From: an uncultured Verrucomicrobiae bacterium
GTDB lineage: Bacteria; Verrucomicrobiota; Verrucomicrobiia; Chthoniobacterales; UBA10450
Assembly: GCA_963834385.1 (NCBI GenBank)
Contig: CAWIBO010000002.1
Location: 224,001 to 288,000 of the forward strand
Direction: 5' to 3'
Length of the DNA: 64,000 nucleotides
The translations under genes were made by a program, and so were the position numbers. Of this stretch, positions 10,298-20,216 are shown one piece after another. Every line of letters starts with the position of its first letter. Position 1 is the first letter of the stretch. The notes beneath the pieces were generated by a model. It searched no databases and was not told where the DNA came from. It worked only from the letters and a program-made list of their open reading frames with translations.

Positions 10298-11808
10298 TTG
10301 TGCTCCGCCAGGATGGAAGGGAGGTCGAGGGCCGGTTCTTTTTCGCAGGCTGCCTTGACGTCGTCCCGTTTGATCTTCCCGCGCGAGGTCCGCGGGATCT
10401 CGGCCACGACCCACCAGCGCGACGGCATTTTGTGCTCAGCCAGCTCCTCCCGCATGCGCGTGTGCAAGGCCCGGATCGTTTCGTCACGGCGATCGGCCAG
10501 AACCACCGCCATGCCCACGCTCTGGCCGTAGATGGGATCGTCGAGGGCAAAGGCGCACACGTCGGAAGCGCCTTCAAAGCGCTCCACCACGGCGTCGATA
10601 TCGGAAGGATAAATCTTCATCCCGCCCTTGTTGATCTCGTCGCGTTCACGCCCGCGCAGGACCAGCCGGCCCTGCTCATCCTGGAAGCCGATGTCGCCGG
10701 TCATGAACCAACCGTCCACCACCGCCTTTGACGTCAGGTCGTCCCGCTCGAAATAGCCTTTCATCAGCGCGGGCGTGTTCAGCCAGACGAAGCCCGCCTC
10801 GCCCGGCGCGCAGATGTCTTCCGGGCGGAGCGGCCCATCGGTTCTATCCGTGCGCAGAATTCGGATGACCGCGCCCCAGCCTCCACCGATCAAACCGTCC
10901 TCGGCGGCGACGTCCGCCTGATCGAGGCCGGCGACCCAACTCCCGGTCTCGGTGATCCCGTAGGCGTTGCAGACCTGACGCGTGCCGGTCCACTTGCGAA
11001 TATCCTCCCAGATCGCGGCGGAAAGCGGCGCGGAGCCGCAATGCACGCGCTGGAGCGTTTTCTTTTGCGGGGGCCGGGCCAGCTTCAGTGCCAGCTTCCA
11101 GATCGCCGGCACGGACGACATGAAAGTGATCTCGTGCTCATCGAGCACCGCGCCGAGCTTCATCACCAGTTCTGGCCGGAACGGGGGCGAGATATAGAGG
11201 TCGTGGCCGGAGAGCCAGGGGAACAAACAATTGCAAATAAGGCCGTGACCGAAATGCGTCGGCAGCATGCAAAGCGACCGGGCAAAGGCCGGGTCGGGCA
11301 AATGGTCGCGCAATCCCGTCCAACGCGCCCGCAACGAGCGATGGGTGTGGACCACCCCCTTGGGCTGGCCGGTTGAGCCCGAGGTGAACAGGATCAGGGC
11401 ATCATCATCGAGGCGCGCCGCGGCGGCTTCCTCCGGGTTCCCACCGATCTCGGTGGTCTGGACCACGCGCACCCCGGCGGTCTCGAGCGCCGTGATGAGG
11501 TTCTCCGGCGTGGCCTCGTCCATGACGGCCACCCTGGGTCGGGCGGTCCGGGCCAGGTTCTCCACCTCGAACGCAGTCAGCCGCGAATCCACCGGGACCG
11601 CGCACCCGCCCAGGCGCCAGACCGCGAGCAGCTCGGCGAAAAACTCGAGCCGGTTGCCAAACGGGAGAAAAACCCGGTCGCCCGCGCCCAACCCGAGCGC
11701 CCGATAACGGGCCACGCGTTTCCCGGTTTGGAGAGCAATCTCCGCCGGTTCCCAGCGGCGGCTGCCAAACGGCTCGATCAAAGCCCCGACTTTCAGATCC
11801 AGAAACAT
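10294..11808 (-). CDS. Adenylate-forming enzyme (AMP-binding, acyl-CoA synthetase family)
   Basis: LFTSGSTGQPKG, YGITET, TGDIG, GRERDEINKGG and PRTSRGK motifs. Confidence 0.92.
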   Translation of the reverse strand: MFLDLKVGALIEPFGSRRWEPAEIALQTGKRVARYRALGLGAGDRVFLPFGNRLEFFAELLAVWRLGGCAVPVDSRLTAFEVENLARTARPRVAVMDEATPENLITALETAGVRVVQTTEIGGNPEEAAAARLDDDALILFTSGSTGQPKGVVHTHRSLRARWTGLRDHLPDPAFARSLCMLPTHFGHGLICNCLFPWLSGHDLYISPPFRPELVMKLGAVLDEHEITFMSSVPAIWKLALKLARPPQKKTLQRVHCGSAPLSAAIWEDIRKWTGTRQVCNAYGITETGSWVAGLDQADVAAEDGLIGGGWGAVIRILRTDRTDGPLRPEDICAPGEAGFVWLNTPALMKGYFERDDLTSKAVVDGWFMTGDIGFQDEQGRLVLRGRERDEINKGGMKIYPSDIDAVVERFEGASDVCAFALDDPIYGQSVGMAVVLADRRDETIRALHTRMREELAEHKMPSRWWVVAEIPRTSRGKIKRDDVKAACEKEPALDLPSILAEHK

Positions 11809-11824
11809 GAAGCGCGCTACCTAG

Positions 11825-13204
11825 TCAGGAGAGGCCGATCAGTCCAACGAAAAAGTGCAGCCGGTCCAGGAACCGGGCTGGATCCTTTTCCGACCAGATG
11901 TGGATGATGCTGAAAAAGGTCCAGACGCCAAAGATGGCGCGCGCTTTCCGAAAAAGGGTGGGTGAGGGGGTGGCCCGGCCTCGTGCCTGTTCGCGGAGCA
12001 TGGAGACGCAGATGCCGGCGGCGAGGAGGAGACAGTAGAACATGCGCGACTGCAGGGTGGCCCACATGGCGGCAAAATTTGCCGTGGCAAGCGCGGCATC
12101 GAGCGCGAGCCAGTGGTAATAGGTGTTCCCGACAAAAGCGGCCATGAAGACCGCCGCACAAATGCGAACGCGGGGAGAGGTTTTGAAATGCCGGGTGTAG
12201 GTCGGAAAAAAGAAAAAGTTCACCAGCAGTTCCTTGAAGTAATAGTAATAGCGGTTCCAGAACTCGATCACGGTCTGCGCGAGCAGGGGCCGATAGGTGT
12301 TGCGGAAGACCTGGAACCCGGCCAGGCGCAGCCAGCCGATGATGATGTGACCTTTCATGGCCAGGATCAGAACGGTCCAGACCAGCTCGGCGTAAAGCGC
12401 CACCCAGCAGACGCCCCGGGAATATCCGCCGTCAAACATCTCGCCCAGGCGCGGAAGGTCGAGGGAAAAGGGAAGGAGCGGCTGGAACGGCCCGGGTTCG
12501 CCGAAGACCACACTTTTCATCAGCCGACTCACCAGCCACCAGAGTCCGGCGAGGCCGAAGAGCTTGATCCCGGCCAGCTGGGCCCGGGCGAGGCCGGCCG
12601 TGTCCCGCGCCTCGTTGGCACTCAAATAATCCCATCCTTTTCCGTAGGGCGTGTCGCTCCCGCCCCAGACCGGGAACAGGTAAAAAAAATGGTCGCTGAA
12701 GGTGGTCAGAGCGATTTTGCCGCGTTGGGCGCTGGCCAGCATGTAGCCCAGGCGCCAGAGCAGAAAGGGCATCACCATGATCCAGCCCAGGAAAAGGGTG
12801 ACGAGGAGGGGCGAGGTCGGGCGCCAGAACCAGAATCCCACCGTCCCGGCCCAGAAAAGCGCGTGCAAACAAATCTGCGGATGACGTTTGGCCCAGACCG
12901 GCCAAAGGGCGAACCGCCGTGCGGCGAGGTAAACCAGGTAAACAAACGCGAGGAGCAGCAACGGCAGCAAAAGGACGGCGGCGGGCGCCCATGCCAGCCC
13001 GGCCCGCGCGGTCCCCTCCTGCAGCTCGGCGAGCGGGTGCCGAAAGAGAACCACGATGCCGGCGGCGGCGAGGATCAAACGACGGCGCCGGGGCGCGAGC
13101 CAGCCCAGCAAAGGTCCGAAACAAGCCTGCCACCAGGCCACCAGCGCGGGGGCCTCGTGCCAGTTCGCCATCCTGCCCCACCGCGATCCGGGCGATGTCT
13201 CCAT
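11825..13204 (-). CDS. Divergent MBOAT-family membrane acyltransferase
   Basis: Multi-TM protein; NTYRPLLAQTVIEFWNRYYYYFKE aligns with the MBOAT NFxxPxxAxSxxxFWxRW block; candidate catalytic His in NTYYHW. Confidence 0.72.
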   Translation of the reverse strand: METSPGSRWGRMANWHEAPALVAWWQACFGPLLGWLAPRRRRLILAAAGIVVLFRHPLAELQEGTARAGLAWAPAAVLLLPLLLLAFVYLVYLAARRFALWPVWAKRHPQICLHALFWAGTVGFWFWRPTSPLLVTLFLGWIMVMPFLLWRLGYMLASAQRGKIALTTFSDHFFYLFPVWGGSDTPYGKGWDYLSANEARDTAGLARAQLAGIKLFGLAGLWWLVSRLMKSVVFGEPGPFQPLLPFSLDLPRLGEMFDGGYSRGVCWVALYAELVWTVLILAMKGHIIIGWLRLAGFQVFRNTYRPLLAQTVIEFWNRYYYYFKELLVNFFFFPTYTRHFKTSPRVRICAAVFMAAFVGNTYYHWLALDAALATANFAAMWATLQSRMFYCLLLAAGICVSMLREQARGRATPSPTLFRKARAIFGVWTFFSIIHIWSEKDPARFLDRLHFFVGLIGLS

Positions 13205-13290
13205 CTAAGGCCGGGCGCCCCTGCGTTTGCTACTCATGAGGGCGCACGGTATGAAAGACGCCTTCCCCCGGCAAGGCCGGCCACCCCGTA

Positions 13291-15769
13291 ATGCCTGACT
13301 TTTCCTCGAGCACGCTGGCGCAATTCGTCGACCGGAACCGTCGTGCCCTGCGTCCGATCATGCTGGGCGCCATCCCGCTGGCGCTTTTGCTCTGCGGGGT
13401 GCGCTCGCTTGCGCCGGAGCAGGCGGAGGAACGTTACGGACAGAAACAGGTGCTTGAGACCCCGCGGTTTCGCACCGTGGTGGTGCTGCTCGACAGCCTG
13501 GGCACGCCGATGGCGTTCAATCCGGACCTGATGCCTTTCGTCAGCTCGCTCCGGCAAAGCTCGCTTTACGGGGAGGCCACGGCCTGCCCGGGCAAAGCCA
13601 CGTTCCCCTGTGTGAAGAGCATTTTCGAGGGTCGCACCGCCACCACCGGGACCACCCTGCAGGATTTCTCAGCCGTCGCCTCGAACCGCACCACCTGGCC
13701 GGCTTCCGTCGCCGCCCTCGGCCACCGCGTTGTCGTCACCTCCGACCACACCATCAACCGGCTCTACCCCGACGCCTTCACCCACTCGATGAATTACGAG
13801 GATCTCGACGGCGTCCCGATCCTCGAGCGTGATGCACGCGCCTACCAGCGCGCCCGCAAATGGCTGGCCGATCCGCGGAACGACGTTTTCCTCCTGCACA
13901 TCATCGGGACCGACAAGGTCTCGCACGACTATGAGGTTAACGGCCCGGTCTACCGCAAAAAGTTTCGCGAAGCCGATGATTTCGTGCGGGAAGTGGCGGG
14001 GAAACTCGGGCCCGACGATTACCTTTTCGTCATTGGCGACCATGGGCACAACCAGCTCGGGGGCCACACGCTTGATGCCGCCTATCTGGCGCAGGGGCCG
14101 CTTTTTCCCCGCGGTCGCGAGGCAAAGCTCGATGCGCCTGATCTGCTTTTTCTTTTGAGCGCGCCTTACGGGCTGACTTTGCCGAAGGAATACGAGGGGC
14201 AGATCCGGACCGATCTGCTGCTCCTGCCGGAAGAGACTCGCCTGCGCTATCTCCGGGCGCAGGCGCGGCTCTGGCAGATGCCGGTCGCCGGTGAATCGGC
14301 CGAGGCGCTGGAAGCGCGCCTGAACGAGCGCATCGCGCGGGCCCGGGTGATCGGGAAACGCGAGCACATGCTCGAGGTCGTCCGGGCTGTCGCGCCTTGG
14401 CTGGTCGTCGGCGCGATTTTTTTGATCGCGATGCTGAAGCCGCGCGAGACGCGTCCGCCCGCCTTTGCCGCAGGCGATGCCCTGGCGGCCGGGTTGCTCG
14501 GACTGGGCGTGGTGATCGGGCTGTCGGGGTCCGTGCTTCGGCGCGATCCCGGCCGGCGCGGCGGTGCTCTGGATGTCGTGTCGCCGCCTGGGGATCGCCC
14601 GGACCGCCGGCGCGCTCGTTCTGCTCGCCGGTTTGCTGGTTCTGATCTTCTGGGTCCTGCCTTCCGGGCTGCGCTGGTATCATCAGCGGCGCAATCAGCC
14701 GCTCACGTTCGCCATCTTCTATCCGCTCGCGACTCTGGCCGGGGTTCTTGTGACCTGGATGATCGGGGCGCCCTCGTGGCGGCAGCATCTCGCGCGCATT
14801 CTCTGGACGGTGGGGCTGTGCGTCTGGCTCTTCGCCTTTTTTGGTCCCTATGCCTATGCCCTCACCGGCCAGGGCTCGCGCATTGTTCTGGCCGGTTTTG
14901 TGCCCGCGGCCATCATCCTCGCGGGCGGGTTCCGCGCCATTTTCGCCCGGCCGACTCTCCTTCTCCTCGGGCTGGCGCCGCTGGTGGCCTTCAACACCGA
15001 GTCGTTCAACGTCAAATATCGCCTGATGGACGCGTTCACCGCGCTCCCGTTCCTCGTCAACGTGGTCGTCTGCACGCTCGTCGGGCTGCTCTGGGCGCGC
15101 GTGGTCTGGATCATCCGGAGCGATCGCAACGATCTGCGGCACTGGAGCGCGGCGGTCGCTGGAGTACTGGCCTGGATCCTGGTGGGCCGCCTCTTCTTCG
15201 AGTTCGAGAGCGGCAAGATCCTCGGCTGTCTTATGGCGGGACTGTTTCTCGTCGGCGCCTTTGAGATGTTCCGCCGCGTCGGGCTGCCCCTGAGCTGGTC
15301 CGCTCTGGTTGGCGTTCTCGTCCTGTTCGCGACTTTTCACTTTGTCGTGAACGGCTTTGCTTTGAGCCACGTCGATTTCCGGTTTACCGCGAACAAGATC
15401 ATCCCCTTCGAGCGGGAACTTTGGCGCGCGGTGCAGCAGATCGCCTGGACTGTGGTGAAGTATCTTTTCATTCTGCTCCCGGTTCTCACCGTTTATTTCA
15501 TCGCGCCGCCGCGCCTGGCCCTGGCGGAACAACTTCTGCAATTCGGTTGGTGGCGTCAGCTTCTCGTGATCGTGAGCGCGCTGGGTCTTTCCTTCTTTGA
15601 TCCGCGCGGGGTTAACGAACTCGCGAGCGAGGAGATCTACTTCTGGACGTTCCTCAACGGCGTCCTCTTTGCCTTTTGCGTGCTCCGGCTCGCGGTGGGC
15701 CGGAAACGAATAGGGCCGCAGCCCGGTCTGCGGGAGGAACCAGCCGCGGTCCCGCTGGTCGCGGGCTAA
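13291..15769 (+). CDS. Alkaline-phosphatase-superfamily membrane transferase resembling GPI ethanolamine-phosphate transferases (PIG-O/PIG-G architecture); frameshift near 14530
   Basis: N-terminal TM; VVLLDSLG, ATFPCVKSIFEG, LLHIIGTDKVSH and IGDHGH motifs; many TM helices continue in ORF 14564..15769. Confidence 0.7.
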
Positions 15770-16104
15770 CCCGGGGGCCAGGCCAGGGCGCGTTTCCCCA
15801 GCACGTGGACGTGCAGGTGCGGCACGCTCTCGCCCGCATCCGGACCGTTGTTGATCACGACCCGGTAGCCGCCCGGCATGAGGTTGAGCTTGTCCGCCAC
15901 CTCACGCGCCGCCAGCAGAAGTTTCCCGAGAAGGGGACCGTCGCTTTCCTTCGCCTCGGCCAGGCGCGGGAGAACGCGTTTCGGCACCACCAGCACATGG
16001 ACGGGCGCCTGCGGGTTGACGTCGTGAAAAGCGAGGACGTCGTCGGTCTCGAGCACGATTTCCGCCGGGATCTCGCGCGCCGCGATCTTCTCAAAAATGG
16101 TCAT
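15766..16104 (-). CDS. Histidine triad (HIT/Hint) nucleotide-binding protein
   Basis: MTIFEKI start, FHDVNPQAPVHVLVVPK, HLHVH triad. Confidence 0.95.
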   Translation of the reverse strand: MTIFEKIAAREIPAEIVLETDDVLAFHDVNPQAPVHVLVVPKRVLPRLAEAKESDGPLLGKLLLAAREVADKLNLMPGGYRVVINNGPDAGESVPHLHVHVLGKRALAWPPG

Positions 16105-16127
16105 GGTAGACGATAGCGTCGCGGCAG

Positions 16128-16688
16128 TTAACGCAACGAGCAATTGAGTTCCGCCAGGCCTTCCGTAACGGCCAGCCGTTCCCGGATAAAAACAATGATC
16201 TCGTCGCGCAATCCTTCGCAGGCGCGCGTCCAGACCTTGACCCCGCGCAGGTGCTTCACGCAGGGAACGAGGTCGAAAAGCTGCACGCGGGTGGTGCCGG
16301 TGCCGGCGAGGGCGGAGAGGCGGCGCTCCAGGCCCTCAAAGAAAGCCAGCTCGTAACCGTCTCCCGCTTCGGCCGCGAGCTCGAAAAGCGAGATGGTCAG
16401 GGGCGGCGGGGCCGGCTGGAAGAAGGGAACGATTTCCTTGTAACCGATCACCTTGAGGACGTAGCGGACCGTCTGGGAGAGCTGTTTGAACGCGACCACG
16501 TTCTCGTCGTTTCGCAGGCGCAGGTAAAAGGCGATGCTTTCCGTGACGTGATCGGTCAGCCACCAGCTCGGGTAACCGGCCTCGTCCGCGGCACGGGTGA
16601 TGGCCGCGCGCAGCCAGTTGCGATCGAACTCGAAGAGGAGCCCGGAGTCGCAGCGCAGATACGGGAACTCTTCCTTAAACGCGACCAT
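16128..16688 (-). CDS. Hypothetical protein with degenerate ATP-cone-like N-terminus
   Basis: Overlaps the nrdR end by 14 bp; FEFDRNWLRAAITRAA...VRYVLKVIGYKEI follows the ATP-cone helix pattern. Confidence 0.7.
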   Translation of the reverse strand: MVAFKEEFPYLRCDSGLLFEFDRNWLRAAITRAADEAGYPSWWLTDHVTESIAFYLRLRNDENVVAFKQLSQTVRYVLKVIGYKEIVPFFQPAPPPLTISLFELAAEAGDGYELAFFEGLERRLSALAGTGTTRVQLFDLVPCVKHLRGVKVWTRACEGLRDEIIVFIRERLAVTEGLAELNCSLR

Positions 16689-17226
16689 GAGCGGGTTGTT
16701 CGGCGGCGGCGGCGGCCGGCTGTTGATCCGGGGCAGGGGCGGCGGGGAAGAGTTCGCGCTGGAGCGAACTGTTTTTCACGCGCCGCCCGAGTTGCTGAAT
16801 GGCGTCGGCGAATTCGCCCGCATCCTCGAAGCGGCGATGCACCGAGGCGTAACGGAGATAGGCCACCTCGTCGAGGTCGCGCAATTTCTCCAGCACCTTG
16901 GTGCCGATGAGCGATGAGGGCACTTCGCGGCCGGTCACCTCGAGCTCGTGCACGATCTCGTCCACCGCGTGCTCGAGGGTGACCAGGCTGATGGAACGTT
17001 TCTCGCAGGCCTTGGCCAGGCTGTTCACGAGTTTGCGCCGGTCAAACTGTTCATGGGTGCGGTCGCGTTTGACCACCCGCAGGTCGGTCCGCTCGATTTG
17101 TTCGTAGGTGGTGAAGCGGAAAGAGCATTGCAGACAGACCCGGCGCCGCCGGATATTGGCGCCGTCGCGCGACTGACGTGAATCAATCACCTTGTCGTCG
17201 CGAAAACCGCACTTGGGGCAACGCAT
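16675..17226 (-). CDS. nrdR: Transcriptional repressor NrdR
   Basis: MRCPKC...DSR...RRRRVCLQCSFRFTTYE zinc ribbon, ATP cone, VAYLRYASV. Confidence 0.96.
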   Translation of the reverse strand: MRCPKCGFRDDKVIDSRQSRDGANIRRRRVCLQCSFRFTTYEQIERTDLRVVKRDRTHEQFDRRKLVNSLAKACEKRSISLVTLEHAVDEIVHELEVTGREVPSSLIGTKVLEKLRDLDEVAYLRYASVHRRFEDAGEFADAIQQLGRRVKNSSLQRELFPAAPAPDQQPAAAAAEQPAHGRV

Positions 17227-17363
17227 AGTGTTGCGAACCTTCGTAACACACAATCCCTTGTGGCGTCAACGGGTCATGACGGCTTTTCTCTGGCGACGCA
17301 GCTTGGGCCGATTTTCTGGACCAGGGCAGTTTTGCCAGCCCGGCAGTCCCCGGAGGGCACCTT

Positions 17364-20149
17364 CTACCGCGGCGGGAACTCGAACTCGGCTTTGTCCTTC
17401 TTCTGCGAGAGGATGAGGTGGGCGGCGAATTTGTTGCCGCGCTTGGAGACGAAGTCTTCGATCAAGGGTGATTTGCCGTCGTTGAGCAGCTCTTTCACCT
17501 CCTCGGGGCTGATCTCGTGCTGGCAAAGGTTTTTGCTCAGCTTGAAGACCTGGCGGTTGTCCTGGTCGGGCTTGCGCACGTAATAGGCGTCGCCCAGCTC
17601 GACCAGCTCGCCGCCGTGCACCTTGCTTTCCCCGATCACTTCCGCCTGGGAAAGATCGACCTTGGCCCGCGCCTTGCGCTCGATCGGTTTGCCATCCTTC
17701 CCGGTCTTCGGGGCGCGCGGCGGGAATTCCCAGCGGATGCGCGCATCTTCCCTCACCAGGAACGCGTCGAAAGGGCGGCCCTTCTTGGAAGTGAATCCCT
17801 TGAGCAGCTCCGTCTTGCCCTGCTCGATGAGCTGAATGGCCTGCTCGGGCGTGATCTCCTTTTTGCACATGAGGCGCGGGAGGCGGAAGGCCTGTTTCCA
17901 TTCGCCGTTCTCCTTCTCGCGCAAAACATAGTTCGGGCCCACCTGGCAAAGCTCCGCGCCGGTGGCGGGATCGGTCCAGAACGGCTCGACCGTGCCGAGA
18001 TCGACCTTGTCGCCGAAATCATACTCGACCTTGAACTTGCCGGTCTCCTCGTCCTTGACCAGGCGAAGGCTGGCGGCAAAAGAGGCGCGGGTCTTGGCCG
18101 AGATGAAACCGTCGAGCGGACCGACCACGCGTTTCTCGACCAGCTCACGGATCTCGTTTTCCTCCATGCGCCGGCCGCCGATGACCTTGTAGATCATGAA
18201 CTCGCCATCCTGCGACCGGTAACCGCGCAGCGTTTCCCGCAGCGGTTTGCCGTCGGTGGGCGAGGGGATGTCGGTCTCGCGCGCGACCGAGTCGTCTTCC
18301 TCGAACGCCTTGACGCGTTCCACGATGCCCCTGGTTTCCTCGACGATCTCGGCCATGAATTTTTCCCGCGAAAATTTGCCCTGTTCCATCTGGCGGAGCT
18401 GATGTTCCCATTCGCCGGTCATGGCCGGGCTGGTGATATCGGTCGCCTTCACCGCCTCAAGGAACTGGATGACCTGTTCCGCCTTGGAAGTGGGGACCAG
18501 CTCGCGCTGCTGGCGGTCGAGGTAGTTCTGGTAAATGAGACCGTCGATCGTTTCCGCGCGGGTGGCGGGTGTGCCGAGCCCGCGTTCCTTCATGGCCTCG
18601 GCCAGTTCCTCGTCCACGACCAGTTTCCCGGCCGTTTCCATGGCGGAAAGAAGCGTGGCCTCGGTGTAACGCGGCGGCGGTTTGGTCGCTTCGCCGTGCA
18701 GGGTGGCTTCGAGCGTCCGCGCTTTCCCGTCGTCCCCGGCGGTCAATGCCGGCAGTGTCTTGCTCGCGTCATCGTCCACCAGGCCGCGGCCATAGACTTC
18801 GAGCCAGCCGGGCGCGGTCAGCACCTTGCCCTCCGTCTTGAAGCGATGTTCGCCCACGGCGCTGATCCGGGTGGTGACGTCGAACTCCGCCATCGGATAG
18901 AAAATCGCGACGAACCGGCGCGCGATCATGTCGTAAATCTTGGCCTCGGCTTCATCGAGGTTCTTGCTCTCCGACGCGGTCGGGATGATGGCGAAGTGGT
19001 CGCTCGACCTGCGCGTTATTGAAGATGCGCTTGTTCGGCCGGACCCAGTTTTGCTCGAGCACGCGCCGGGCAAACTGGTCGAGCGGGGCGGCAAGGTTGC
19101 CGAGCGCCTCTTTCACCACGGGGAGATAATCCTCCGGGAGCGCCCGCGAATCGGTGCGCGGATAGGTGATCATCTTGTGCTTCTCGTAGAGCGCCTGCGC
19201 GATCTGCAGGGTGCGCTTGGCCGGGAAACCGAAGCGGCTGTTGGCCTCGCGCTGGAGAGTGGTGAGATCGTAAAGACGGGGGGCGATCTGCGTGCTGGCC
19301 TTTTTCTCCTCCGTGACGGTGGCGACCGGATGCCCGTCGCAGGCGGCGAGAACGGCCTCGGCGGCCGCCTTTTCCCAAAGCCGGTCGGCGCGATCGTGCT
19401 CGTCGCCCTCGTTCCTCTTGAAATCCGGGACGCTGGTAGGCGCCCTCGTATTGGCCCTGGGCGATCTCGAACTTCGCCGTGACCCGCCAGTAGTCGCGCG
19501 GCTGGAAATTCCGGATCTCGAGTTCCCGGGCGTAGACGATGGCGAGCGTGGGGGTCTGGACGCGGCCGACCGAGGCGACGTTGCGGGCGCGGGAACCGAA
19601 CATCCGCTTGGTCAGGGCGCGGGTGCCGTTGATACCGATGAGCCAGTCGGCCTCGCTGCGGGAGCGGGCGGCGTCAGACAACCCCTGCATCTCCTCGTCG
19701 TCGCGCAGATGGGCGAAGCCGTCGCGGATGGCCGCGGGCGTCATTGACTGGAGCCAGAGCCGTTTGACCGGGTGTTTGCTCTTCGCGAGCCGGCAAAGGT
19801 TTTTGAAGATCAGTTCGCCTTCGCGGCCGGCGTCGCAGGCGTTGATGACCGCTGAGACATCCTTGCGGGCGAGCAGTTTTTTCAGGTGAGCGAACTTGTC
19901 CTTCGCCTTCTCGGCTGGTTTCAGCTCGAACTTCTCGGGGATGATGGGAAGCGTCTCCAGGCGCCAGAAGCCGTACTTCTTCTTGTCGATATCCTCCGGC
20001 ATGAGCAGCTCGACGACGTGGCCGACGGCGGACGAGATGACGTATTCGTCGCTTTCGTAGTGGTCGCCTTTCTTCGGGATTTTGCCGAGGGCGCGGGCGA
20101 TATCGGCGGCCACGCTGGGTTTCTCAGCGATGACGAGGGTTTTGGACAT
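17364..20149 (-). CDS. topB: Type IA DNA topoisomerase (topoisomerase III-like); frameshifts near 19428 and 19006
   Basis: [31 protein letters not shown] (catalytic Tyr) and GLGTPATRA spread over three frames; C-terminal repeats (GFxSKxGxxFxA). Confidence 0.92.
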
Positions 20150-20216
20150 GGGAGGGAAGCGAAGTAGACCTCGCCGCGCCGGTTTGCAAGTTTTTCGCAG
20201 CCGGCGCCGGTCGTCT

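Noticed and set aside
19000..19440. Programmed frameshifting or a split topB
   Set aside because: No slippery heptamer is evident, and similar single-base breaks occur in many unrelated genes, so assembly error is more parsimonious.
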